IMG/VR virus record: IMGVR_UViG_3300020219_000015 | DNA: 64,000 bases | Reading direction: 5' to 3' (one strand) | Source: an uncultured virus (IMG/VR IMGVR_UViG_3300020219_000015) | Lineage: Duplodnaviria; Heunggongvirae; Uroviricota; Caudoviricetes | Shown: positions 29,453 through 39,556 of the stretch, piece after piece | Numbering within the stretch: position 1 is the stretch's first letter | Layout of the letters: every line of letters begins with the position of its first letter | The notes under the pieces: generated by a model | What the model was told of the DNA's origin: nothing | Seen by the model: only the letters and a program-made list of their open reading frames with translations | Databases searched by the model: none | Program-made: the position numbers and the translations under genes

Positions 29453-29593
29453 TTAGAAATTTAAACAATATGTGCAATTAGGATTTACTATATTTTTATT
29501 AATATGCCACCTTTTATGACATGATAGTCCACCTATTCTAGAATTTTTTTTCTTTATTTCTGGTCTTAAAGCTATTATACAATAAATTATCAT
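29453..29593 (-). pseudogene. Internally deleted homing-endonuclease remnant (46 aa)
   Basis: MIIYCI (GIY-YIG-like start) fused to HKRWH...NPNCTYC (Zn-binding C-terminal module). Confidence 0.55.
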
Positions 29594-29603
29594 ATTATTA
29601 AAT

Positions 29604-32600
29604 TTAAAAACCAATACATCGAGACATAAACTCTGTTACTTCCTCATCAGTAACTGGTTGATCTCTTTGTACAAGTTGTCTTCCTTTCGGATTCAAAAGA
29701 AAGTTATTATTTATATATCTAAACTTCTCATATAACTGTTCTGACAAATATAAGAAAGTTTGTTGACCTGGCTTAGGTACAACCTTACCTGGAATCTCTA
29801 TTAGTGTTCCTCTTCCTGATCTTCCTATCATTCCCTGACCATATCCATTTTTATCAAATACAATATCTCTTCCTTGACTCTTAAAGTCTAATAATTGCTG
29901 AATAGCAACATCTATTAGTTTTTTATTTTCTTCAAGAGTTTGATCAGTTAATGCATTTAATACACTTGTTAAAGGAGTTTTCTCTTTACTCTCAGCATAA
30001 GATGTTTTAGTTGGTATACCTAGAGTGAACCCTACTTGAGCCTTCTGCATAATGCCATTAGTGGTCTCAGAACTTTTCTTAGTAGCATCAAGAGTTCTTC
30101 CATATACAAATACTGCCTCGGGATTAGAAGCTATCATATTGATCATAGATTTCTCTGAATAGTCTAATGAATGAAATTCTTTAATTCCTTCTACTCCAGT
30201 TTCTGTAATTGGTACAGTAGGAATAGTTTCCTGAGCTGATCTAACTTTAGCTTCACCTACTGTTTGACCCAGAGTTTGTTGAACAACATAGTTCTTATGT
30301 CTAAAGCTATTTTTAGAGGTATTAAGAAGTATAAACTTTTTATAAAATAGATCTAGTAATACATTATTCATATTCTCTGAATACACCTTAACTGGTTCCT
30401 CCATTATTCTAGTAAACATATCTACCGGTACAAATGAAGTAAGAGCATATTTACCTTTAGCTGATAAGCCTGATTGCATAAAAGCATATACTGGGAATCT
30501 CTTGAAGAAATTGCTTATCCTTTCATTCTCTACTGGATCAGTAGACTTTATAACAGATACATTAGATAGGTTTAATATATTCTCATGAAGAGTATTTAAT
30601 TTATCTCCATCTAGATTTGAGTCTAAACTATAAAGATTTCTTATTCCTTGTTTAGCTATTGAAGTAGCAAGAACTCTGAAAAGTAAATACTCATTTTTTA
30701 AATCAGGATGTGTATCTATAATACTATTATACTCATCAGCATAGCTAGTATCACTATAGAACATCTTCCAGGAATTGAACGTATTATCTAAAGCCTGATT
30801 TCTTAAGAATTGCTCATATGATATTTTCTTTAATCTCTTCTCAAATTCTTCGTGAGTTTCATCTATAAGCTTAGTTATCTTTTTATCAGTAATATTAGTA
30901 GATAATAGTTTTATATAATCTACATTGGTCTTTACTTTATCTGAAGTATACATACTTCTTAAGTATTCTCTTTCAAATACAAAAGACTGGTATTCTTTAG
31001 ATGTAGAGAATGCATTAACATTAACTACAGCTAATCCTGTTTTAGGATCATACTCTGTTATATGATCTTTGAGATTTGAAATACCGGACCAAGCTTTAGT
31101 AGAGAAGTCTTTTTGAAGCTGGGCTTTATCTACATAGATAACATTATTTTTAACAAAGACTCCGTTCTTAAGACTCTTTACAGATTCAACTGGGATACTA
31201 GTATCAACATTAAATCCTTTGTATTCTTTAATATTATTAAGATTAAATGCTTTTACACTATTCTGGAATATAAAACTAACTAAGTCATTTTTGAATTCAG
31301 ATACAAATTTCTCAGGATCATCAAATGTATTCTCTACATCATCTGATATACCTTCTCTAAACTTATTAACAATAAAGTTTTCTACTACTTTATTATTTCT
31401 AAGATTAAATAAAGGATTCCATAGATTGATCATGAACTCCTGTATATTGAAAGAACCTATTGGAGAATTAGTAAGAATATTATTTACTATAGAAGTAGGT
31501 ATCTTACCATCTGCTTTTAGTTGCTCTACTTGTAATTGTCTATTATGGGCCTCAAAAAGTGTAGTTGATCTCTTAGTATCAAAGTTCATTCTAAGCTTAA
31601 TATCTCTAATAGATCTTGACATATCTTCTAGTTCTAGATAATGTAAGAATGCTGCTTGTTCTTCTTCTGTTACAATATGATCAGCTCCTATTTTAGTCTG
31701 TGCTGAATAGGCTCCTATATTATTCTTCAGAGTGTTGAAATCAAAAGCTGAATCTTTATATTTAGATGTCATCTCCCGGGTCAAGTTATAAATATTCTGA
31801 TCCATTGCTTTTCCTCTCAACATAGATTGAGTGAGATTAAAATCAAATCTTGGATCAAGTAATACTGTCTCTTTAGCTTTTCTCCTATAAAAATTAGGAT
31901 GGAAAGGGGCCTTATCTAATGGATCTGCAAAAGTAGATTTAGCTAATCTTTGTTGAGTAACATATTCTCTAACCAATGGCTGGGATACAAAGTATACTGC
32001 ATGCTCAAAAGGAACACCGGCCTGGATTAAAAATAAAAGAACTGGTGCTACTTCTTTATTACCTTGGATATTAAATATCCATGCATCTTTAGCCACATCT
32101 ACCCAGCCATTAATCAACTGAGATATAACATCTGATATTCTATATTGACCATTTGAGTCTAATATATTACCTAATGATATAGCAGGTTTTCCGGAAACAT
32201 CAATAGTGTTATGAGGAAGGTATATATTAAGTGGTCTCTCTTGTAATTTACCATTAGGCATTTTCTTTTCATAGCTAGGGTTAAGATGAGCTCCTATTCT
32301 ATTAAACACAACATTATAAGAGTTATCAACTGCTCCTAAACCTAATGTCTGTTTACCTACGTTATTAGACTGATGTTTATAAAGATTGTATTCTTGTTCT
32401 AATACTCTAGTTCCAGATACCTGAGACTCATTACCTGGGTGTACTCTGGATTTAGGATTATAATCTTGTACCTGATCTTGTAATATATCAGCAACTGGTT
32501 TTACTATATCAGTATTATTTGGCCTGACTAGATTAGTAAAGTTCTGTGGCAGTTCTAAGATCTCTCTCATATTCTGAAGAAGATCATTTTCTACAGCTTT

Positions 32601-35600
32601 AGATCCATTAAGAGTTTCATAGAAGTCTTCAAAAGTATGAAGATTATAAGGTTTTAATATTTCTTCTAGTTCTTCATGAGTATAGTCCCTACTCCATAGA
32701 TCACCAAATACATCAGTAAGAAACTTATCTACTATAGCATCATTGGTCCATATAATATTTCCCTTATCATCTTTTAATTCTTCAAGAGCTATTCTTTTGG
32801 CTTTAACTTTTTCATAAATAGTTCTTGCTTGTTTTTGAGAATACTGAGTAGTTAAAGTAATTTTACCATCTTCATTTTTTCTGAAGTTAGGCATCATTAC
32901 TGTTAACTTATCTATATCAAAATCAGATCCTGATTTAGCTACTATCTCATCTGGAGGAACTATAATATTTCCGGCCTCTTTTGGTAGAAACTCATATATT
33001 TCCATAAACTCCATAGAGTTAAGACCTTGTACTGGTATCCTAACTCCAATCATAGTGATCATCTGTCTGTTAGTTCCTGTATTAAGCCATGGCTCATCTT
33101 TAAGTAATTCATTAAGAGCTTCTGTAGTAGATATAGATTTACTATAAGCTCTATCTCTTACTTCATCAAGTTGTAGAAGTTTCTCAAACTGGCCCTGCAT
33201 AGCTATCTTAACTTTCATAGCCCGGGTCTTACCATCTGGTCCTTGATGATATGTGGGAAGATCATTACTACCCCATTTTTTGAGATCACCTTCTGTAGGA
33301 TTGGTTAGATTCCTATTAGTATCAAAAGCAGATAGATTTTCAAAGCCGGCACCTGAGACCTGGATAAGAGCTTCTCCATTTACTTTTTGTCTAATTAGTC
33401 TTTTATTTACTATAGCAGTAAGTAGTCTCTCTATTTTATCTGCAGATAGAGATATAGATAAATCATGCTTAATCTGATTAGTATTGCCTTTAATATCTAT
33501 AAAGTCTATTTGATGATCAGCTAGATCTTGTCTGGTAAGTTCTTTTCTAACAAACTTAAGCAGTGGCTTAAGATCTCCTTTAGGATTACCATTCTTATCT
33601 AAAATCCATCCAGCTTCTCTTAATAGTTCTTTCTTTTTTACCTCAGTTAGTTTCCTGATATTATCTTCATAATTCTTAACTAGTTTTTCTACTTTATCAT
33701 TAACCGGTTTCCCATTTTCATATAATCCATCCTCTATTAGTTTTCTTAACTGAGTTGGGAATATACTACTTTCTTTAAATGTACTAGCAGTTTCTAATTG
33801 ATTTTTAAGATACTCTATAAAGATTGGGTTCTTAGTTAATTTCTCTTGAGAAATAACTTTAGCTTGTTCATTAGAATAGAAAGGATCTGTAACTCCTTGT
33901 TTGGTTATAGTAGATACTTTTGATCCTGACTTAAATAAAGCATAGTGCACATTCTCAGTGACTAACTTATCATGAAGCTTCTCAAGATTAGTTCCTTTTA
34001 TAACCGAAGGAATAAGAGGAAATACTGAAAACTTATGAAAACCTATTGTTGGCAATCCTTCAGTATGTAATGGACCAAAATATTGTAACTTTTGAACCGG
34101 AAAAAATCTGGATACTTCAGAAGGTCTGGTGGATTCTCCTTTGATTATTTTCTGATATAACTCCTCTTGTTTTGGAGTCCAGCTATTATCCAGGGTCTTT
34201 ACAGCTCTATAACTATCAAATGTAATCCAACCTTGAGCATCACCAGTATTCATCTCAGTGTAAGGTTTTAAAGCTGACTCAATAGCTTTAGATATTTCTT
34301 TATCTAGATCTTCTTTTGAAATCTTTCCGGATATGAAATCTTTCCTTTTGGAGTATCTATCTTTTATCTCTGACTCAATAGCTTTTTTATATTGATCGTG
34401 ATATACCGATAAAGTATGAGTATCTTCTAATACTGCAGAATTTAGAATAGATTGAAAGGGATCCTGAGCTATACCTTTAGAGTTAGCATATCCAAATCCT
34501 ATTACTTCATTTAAATATCTTAGAGCAGATTCATCTGATCTATAAATAGTTCCTGTTGAAATGACCCCGGCATTTCTCTTATGAAACTCCTCTTTACCCA
34601 TATTATATAATGCAATATCTCCATATAGAAAATTCATAGTTTCTACGTTGTGGATCCATTGATTAATTACAAATGAAGTCAGAGCTCCCTGAACTATATC
34701 AGCAGAAGATGCCTTAAGAACTTGAGCTTTATAGTTAGTATTATTAGCTTCTTCTTTTATAGAAGTAATAAGATTGTTTGCAACAAATTTAGTTTTAGTA
34801 TATCTGTCATTTGTTGACTTAACTAGACTATTAAAATATTTAGTAATATCAGTCTCAAGATCTTTTCTTAGTTCTATAGCTCTTGGAGTATTATTCTTTA
34901 AATAAGTATCAAGAGGAAGATCTAATTTCTTTAATTTAGATTTAGTCTCTGAACTAAGAACATCATCAAATAATACAAACTCTTTTCCTCTATTATAGTA
35001 ATCAGAAACATTTCTAATAGGATTTAATTCTGATGCATTCTCCATTGTGTTAATTCTGGATAGCTCTGATCCAACATAGTTAATAACTATATTAGTAAGA
35101 TTCTGTATAGCCTTGGTCTTATTAGCTATGATCTCTTCTGTATCAATATATAATTTACCGGATTTGTTTCCTGGAGCAAGAAGCTTATTTAAATTAATCA
35201 TTAAAGAAGTGCCTTTATCAGCAGCCCTCATTAACTCCGGAGTCCCTCTCATGATCATCATGTGAAAATCCATAAGAAACTTAGTGAACTCATCTGCAGA
35301 AGCAGAAGCTATACCAGTACCTTCTTCATTGTCTATAGTAAGTTGAACACCTGATAAATTCTCTAGGTTTAATTTAGCATCTTTTCTTTTAGGTCTTCCT
35401 GGAGAATTCATATCAAATAAAGAAGTTATCCATATAGAAGATTTAGTATATGGATTTCTTTCAGTATCTAAATGATTCATATGAGGAAGAGCTATGAGCT
35501 CATCAAATGACTTAACTGAATTAATAGTGTTGATCATTTGAGTAAGAGTTGAATTAAGACTATGCTCAAATTGAGCATTACCTTCAGCATTAGTTACTGA

Positions 35601-38600
35601 GAAATTAGAGTACTGGTCTGAGTATCTAGTCTCTAATTCCATTAGTCTTTTCCAATTACCGGCCTCTCCTCTAAGTTCTTGAATATTGCCCATAGCCGGC
35701 TGCTGTAGTTTAAATACATCAGATACTTTGGTTATAGTAAGTCCTCTACTTTGAATGTTAGCAAGAACTGCTCTTATAATATTAGCTTTACCTATATCAT
35801 TAGCTATTCCTTGTTTAATCTCTTTCTTGTCAGATAACTGTACTCCTATTGCTTTAAAGAACTTGAATGCATTTTCTTTAATAGTATTAGCTGGGAAGTC
35901 CTTCAAGATGGTTGGAATATCCAGGTAGTTTATATTATTAGTGTCTTTCTTTATATATGGATTAGCATATGTAATTTGAAATAAATTATCCCATGCCTGG
36001 CCGGCTTTTTTGTAATCAGTAGAGGACTGGCCTATTTTTGAAATATAAGTAGAAGTCCCATCTTCATTTGTGACTTTATCAAGAGTCATCTGAATTAAAG
36101 GAATCCTGGTTTTGTTAAATGCATTCCAGAAGTCAGTCCACATTTTAAACTCAGGCCCAGATATAGTATCAGATGATCCTAGTTTAGATAATAGTTGTTT
36201 GAATACAGGAAAAGTCTCAGCTTCAGATTTGAGTCTTTTCTCCATCACTTCTGGAGAAGAGCTTCCTTCTAAAACTTTAGCTAATCTATTCCATACTACA
36301 TCAAACTCAGCTAATTGATTAACTCCTAGTTTATTCTTTTTAGTATTACCAGAGTTATCTATAGCATTAAGAGATCTAATTAAATATAATACTTGGTTAG
36401 AAGCTAGATCAGTAAGAGAAGTTTCATTACCGTTCTTGTTATAACCTTCTCGTCCCTTAGATGCATCTTCATTTTCTTCTGGAGCTACATCTTCAAACTT
36501 ATCTTCAAGAGATAAGTATTTTGATTTAAGATTATGATAGTTTATTAATCCTTTTCCATTTTCTACTCCTATTGGTTTTTCAGGATCTCCAAAGTTTCTA
36601 ATAGCATAATCTAAAAGATTAATATTCTTCTGGATTTGTTCTTTAAGGAACTGATCAGTAGTTTGATCAAGACTAGATTGAAGATCATTTCTTATATGAG
36701 CTAGCCTGGTTCTGGAGTATTTATAAGCTGTAGATCTATTATTACTACTAGTTACAATAGTAGAAGTAAATCTATTAGTTAAGTCTTTAGTATTTTTAAG
36801 ATCTATTAGTTCTGAAAAAAGAGAATCTATAGTATCTACTAGTAGTCTAGAATCTTCATATGATAAAGACTGAAGAGGCTCTTCAGAAGAAATAGCTTCT
36901 AATCCTTTATTAAGGATATTAAAATTTATATTATCTCCGGAGAAAGTGAATTCATGAAGATCTCCTATTCTTAATTTTTCATATAGATCATTTATAGTAG
37001 AAATAGCATTTTGATTTATAGCTAACTGAGCTACTGTACTATTTCCAAAAAGTGCTTTAAGAAAGTTTAATATCTTTCTAAATAGAGTATTTCTTACTGG
37101 AGTAGTTAATTTCTTTCCATCAGATAACATATAGTTTCTGAAGTCTTCAGCTAAGTATTCTTCTAGCTCTATATTAGAAGCTGATTTGAAAGAAATATTT
37201 TTTCCTTGATAAGTAGTAAATTTTCCGGACTTATTTCTTAGCTCATTATATACTTCTTGTTTTTGGTCTTTAGTTAAAAAGCCTTGAGTGAATCCATGCC
37301 ATGCCTCATGATAAAGATCACTATAGTCTGCTCCTTTGTATAAAGTGATTCCATTTACTGTCCAGGTAGCTACTGCATTAGGATTGGCAGCATTAATCAT
37401 ATTAAACATTACTTCAAAAGGGAAGTGTTTAGATAATGGAGAAGAGTTATACCAAGATCTGGCCTCAGTTATTTGTTCTTCTGTGGCTTTTTTATTGATC
37501 TCTTTTTGACCGGTAGTTTTCTCAAGAGTAGCTAATAAATCATCTATATCTTTCTGTCTTTGATCTGCAACTGATGATTCTACTATTTTAGCTGGAGTAA
37601 CTTCTGGTTTTACTTCTATAGTCTCTTTAGGATTAAGTTTTTCTATTTCACTATCAAGAGGAGAATAATTAAAGTATCCATTAAGAGTTACTATTTTTCC
37701 TTGTTCATTTATAGGAATATTAATTACTGTATGCTCTCCTAAAAAGTCTTTATAGTTTTTATCTGTTGGAATAAGCCGGGTATTTTCCCCTTCTATAGAA
37801 AGAGTAAAGTCCTGGAAGTCTTCCATCCTGGATAAGAATTTTCTATTAATATTTATCTGAGCCCCTACCCATTTAGTATAGATGTCTTTACCATTAGTAT
37901 CTACTGTCTTTACTATAGCTCCTTGATATAATTCTTTCTCCCACTCAGGTTGAGTTCCGTCAATGATCTTTCCTGTAGGTCTGGTGACTATTTCACTAGG
38001 AGATATTCTAGTTAAGTAATCTATTATAGTTTTATTAGCAAGATCTTTATCAGATAGATCCAATGGCACTCCTTTTATAGTTATCTCAAGATTCTGTCCA
38101 TCTTCAGATACCTGAATATTCATTCCTTTGTCAGTTGTCTGAATATAGTTTTTAGCATAGTTTAATTTCTCATATGGAGAAAGTGATACATCTTCTCCAG
38201 AAGGAGCTTTTGCTGTAATATCATTTACTAATAATGATGATACTTTAGTAGCTAGTTCTGCAGTAAACTGTCTTCTCTGTAAATGAATAGGAGTTTCTAT
38301 CCCGGGATAATAAAAGTACACAGCCGTCTTATAAAAGGGCCCTGTATTATCTTCCTGGAATATAGGTTGAAAAGGATGTTCTATTTCAAATAGTAACTTA
38401 GAGAATGCTTGAGGAGCTTTTCTATTCTCCTGAACTAGTCCTTTACTTCCTCCTGTTATAGTACTTCTGATAGTATTATTCTCAGGATCTTTCTTTATAT
38501 ACTCTCTGATTTTATGTATTTGTTCTGTTTGATCATCCTGAATCTTCTTAGCTTCAGTAGCAGTTACTTCTCTATTTAGTATTTTAGAAAGTGATTTAGC

Positions 38601-39539
38601 TGCCTGCTCTGGAGTCTGAATACTTTTAGGATCAGTAAGTGTTCCTTTATCATCAGTTGCCCTCATCATATAATATGATGGTTTTGCTGATTGATCATAA
38701 GAAACTTCTCCGACCTCATTAAAACTAATAGGATTGCCTTCTATATCAGTAAGGGTTAATACTACACCTAGTTTATTATGTTTGTGAAGTCTAGTTTGTT
38801 TTTCTTCTTCGGAGATCCCTGGTTCATTTAACCAAGCTTTTGTTTCTTCATATACTTGATCTATAGGAATTTTACTAGCTGACATTGCAGTTAGATATAC
38901 TCCACCTTGTCTTGTTCCTGGAATATCTAATTTAGAACTATCACCATTAACTAGTGGAGTATATAATTTATCCAGAATAGATCTTAGAGTATTATAATAT
39001 AATTTCTTAGTTGGATCAGGAGTACTGGTCCATGTTTTAACACCGGTCTCAGAATCTATAGTTATGATAGCCTCTTGGCCAGTAGTAGTTAACGGCTGAT
39101 TAGGTTTAGCCTTTTCTCTTTGTTGTTCTAGAGACTTATCTTTTATTTCTTTAGGAATAATAGTATCTGGAGTCTTATTTGCAATCTCTTGAATACTTTT
39201 GATTTGATCTATAATATCTTTATTTAGATCTAAGTATTCAATAGTTTTATCGAAGTTTTTAAAGGTATCTTCAAGATCAACTATCTCAGGATATGCATTC
39301 TTAATCAGAGTTCTTATTTCTTTACTTCTACTTTGAGCTTCTATTATAGAAATAGGAATCATCTGTACATAGTTAATAGCAAGACTATGACTTTTAGTTT
39401 GGTTATATACAACAGAATAAATTCCTTTTGAATAACTTTTAATATCAAAAGGAATATTCTTATTAGCCTGGTTTAATAAATCTGAAGTTACTTTCTTATA
39501 AAGTTTTTCTATTTGCTCTTTTCTTAAAGGACATGCCAT
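29604..39539 (-). CDS. Giant virion RNA polymerase (3311 aa), crAss-like
   Basis: RIPVQG...KSGSDFDIDKL catalytic DxDxD loop, DAQGWIT and KSGSK; N-terminal zincin HEAWH...EEYLAE. Confidence 0.9.
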   Translation of the reverse strand: MACPLRKEQIEKLYKKVTSDLLNQANKNIPFDIKSYSKGIYSVVYNQTKSHSLAINYVQMIPISIIEAQSRSKEIRTLIKNAYPEIVDLEDTFKNFDKTIEYLDLNKDIIDQIKSIQEIANKTPDTIIPKEIKDKSLEQQREKAKPNQPLTTTGQEAIITIDSETGVKTWTSTPDPTKKLYYNTLRSILDKLYTPLVNGDSSKLDIPGTRQGGVYLTAMSASKIPIDQVYEETKAWLNEPGISEEEKQTRLHKHNKLGVVLTLTDIEGNPISFNEVGEVSYDQSAKPSYYMMRATDDKGTLTDPKSIQTPEQAAKSLSKILNREVTATEAKKIQDDQTEQIHKIREYIKKDPENNTIRSTITGGSKGLVQENRKAPQAFSKLLFEIEHPFQPIFQEDNTGPFYKTAVYFYYPGIETPIHLQRRQFTAELATKVSSLLVNDITAKAPSGEDVSLSPYEKLNYAKNYIQTTDKGMNIQVSEDGQNLEITIKGVPLDLSDKDLANKTIIDYLTRISPSEIVTRPTGKIIDGTQPEWEKELYQGAIVKTVDTNGKDIYTKWVGAQININRKFLSRMEDFQDFTLSIEGENTRLIPTDKNYKDFLGEHTVINIPINEQGKIVTLNGYFNYSPLDSEIEKLNPKETIEVKPEVTPAKIVESSVADQRQKDIDDLLATLEKTTGQKEINKKATEEQITEARSWYNSSPLSKHFPFEVMFNMINAANPNAVATWTVNGITLYKGADYSDLYHEAWHGFTQGFLTKDQKQEVYNELRNKSGKFTTYQGKNISFKSASNIELEEYLAEDFRNYMLSDGKKLTTPVRNTLFRKILNFLKALFGNSTVAQLAINQNAISTINDLYEKLRIGDLHEFTFSGDNINFNILNKGLEAISSEEPLQSLSYEDSRLLVDTIDSLFSELIDLKNTKDLTNRFTSTIVTSSNNRSTAYKYSRTRLAHIRNDLQSSLDQTTDQFLKEQIQKNINLLDYAIRNFGDPEKPIGVENGKGLINYHNLKSKYLSLEDKFEDVAPEENEDASKGREGYNKNGNETSLTDLASNQVLYLIRSLNAIDNSGNTKKNKLGVNQLAEFDVVWNRLAKVLEGSSSPEVMEKRLKSEAETFPVFKQLLSKLGSSDTISGPEFKMWTDFWNAFNKTRIPLIQMTLDKVTNEDGTSTYISKIGQSSTDYKKAGQAWDNLFQITYANPYIKKDTNNINYLDIPTILKDFPANTIKENAFKFFKAIGVQLSDKKEIKQGIANDIGKANIIRAVLANIQSRGLTITKVSDVFKLQQPAMGNIQELRGEAGNWKRLMELETRYSDQYSNFSVTNAEGNAQFEHSLNSTLTQMINTINSVKSFDELIALPHMNHLDTERNPYTKSSIWITSLFDMNSPGRPKRKDAKLNLENLSGVQLTIDNEEGTGIASASADEFTKFLMDFHMMIMRGTPELMRAADKGTSLMINLNKLLAPGNKSGKLYIDTEEIIANKTKAIQNLTNIVINYVGSELSRINTMENASELNPIRNVSDYYNRGKEFVLFDDVLSSETKSKLKKLDLPLDTYLKNNTPRAIELRKDLETDITKYFNSLVKSTNDRYTKTKFVANNLITSIKEEANNTNYKAQVLKASSADIVQGALTSFVINQWIHNVETMNFLYGDIALYNMGKEEFHKRNAGVISTGTIYRSDESALRYLNEVIGFGYANSKGIAQDPFQSILNSAVLEDTHTLSVYHDQYKKAIESEIKDRYSKRKDFISGKISKEDLDKEISKAIESALKPYTEMNTGDAQGWITFDSYRAVKTLDNSWTPKQEELYQKIIKGESTRPSEVSRFFPVQKLQYFGPLHTEGLPTIGFHKFSVFPLIPSVIKGTNLEKLHDKLVTENVHYALFKSGSKVSTITKQGVTDPFYSNEQAKVISQEKLTKNPIFIEYLKNQLETASTFKESSIFPTQLRKLIEDGLYENGKPVNDKVEKLVKNYEDNIRKLTEVKKKELLREAGWILDKNGNPKGDLKPLLKFVRKELTRQDLADHQIDFIDIKGNTNQIKHDLSISLSADKIERLLTAIVNKRLIRQKVNGEALIQVSGAGFENLSAFDTNRNLTNPTEGDLKKWGSNDLPTYHQGPDGKTRAMKVKIAMQGQFEKLLQLDEVRDRAYSKSISTTEALNELLKDEPWLNTGTNRQMITMIGVRIPVQGLNSMEFMEIYEFLPKEAGNIIVPPDEIVAKSGSDFDIDKLTVMMPNFRKNEDGKITLTTQYSQKQARTIYEKVKAKRIALEELKDDKGNIIWTNDAIVDKFLTDVFGDLWSRDYTHEELEEILKPYNLHTFEDFYETLNGSKAVENDLLQNMREILELPQNFTNLVRPNNTDIVKPVADILQDQVQDYNPKSRVHPGNESQVSGTRVLEQEYNLYKHQSNNVGKQTLGLGAVDNSYNVVFNRIGAHLNPSYEKKMPNGKLQERPLNIYLPHNTIDVSGKPAISLGNILDSNGQYRISDVISQLINGWVDVAKDAWIFNIQGNKEVAPVLLFLIQAGVPFEHAVYFVSQPLVREYVTQQRLAKSTFADPLDKAPFHPNFYRRKAKETVLLDPRFDFNLTQSMLRGKAMDQNIYNLTREMTSKYKDSAFDFNTLKNNIGAYSAQTKIGADHIVTEEEQAAFLHYLELEDMSRSIRDIKLRMNFDTKRSTTLFEAHNRQLQVEQLKADGKIPTSIVNNILTNSPIGSFNIQEFMINLWNPLFNLRNNKVVENFIVNKFREGISDDVENTFDDPEKFVSEFKNDLVSFIFQNSVKAFNLNNIKEYKGFNVDTSIPVESVKSLKNGVFVKNNVIYVDKAQLQKDFSTKAWSGISNLKDHITEYDPKTGLAVVNVNAFSTSKEYQSFVFEREYLRSMYTSDKVKTNVDYIKLLSTNITDKKITKLIDETHEEFEKRLKKISYEQFLRNQALDNTFNSWKMFYSDTSYADEYNSIIDTHPDLKNEYLLFRVLATSIAKQGIRNLYSLDSNLDGDKLNTLHENILNLSNVSVIKSTDPVENERISNFFKRFPVYAFMQSGLSAKGKYALTSFVPVDMFTRIMEEPVKVYSENMNNVLLDLFYKKFILLNTSKNSFRHKNYVVQQTLGQTVGEAKVRSAQETIPTVPITETGVEGIKEFHSLDYSEKSMINMIASNPEAVFVYGRTLDATKKSSETTNGIMQKAQVGFTLGIPTKTSYAESKEKTPLTSVLNALTDQTLEENKKLIDVAIQQLLDFKSQGRDIVFDKNGYGQGMIGRSGRGTLIEIPGKVVPKPGQQTFLYLSEQLYEKFRYINNNFLLNPKGRQLVQRDQPVTDEEVTEFMSRCIGF

Positions 39540-39556
39540 AGGATAATATTTATTAA

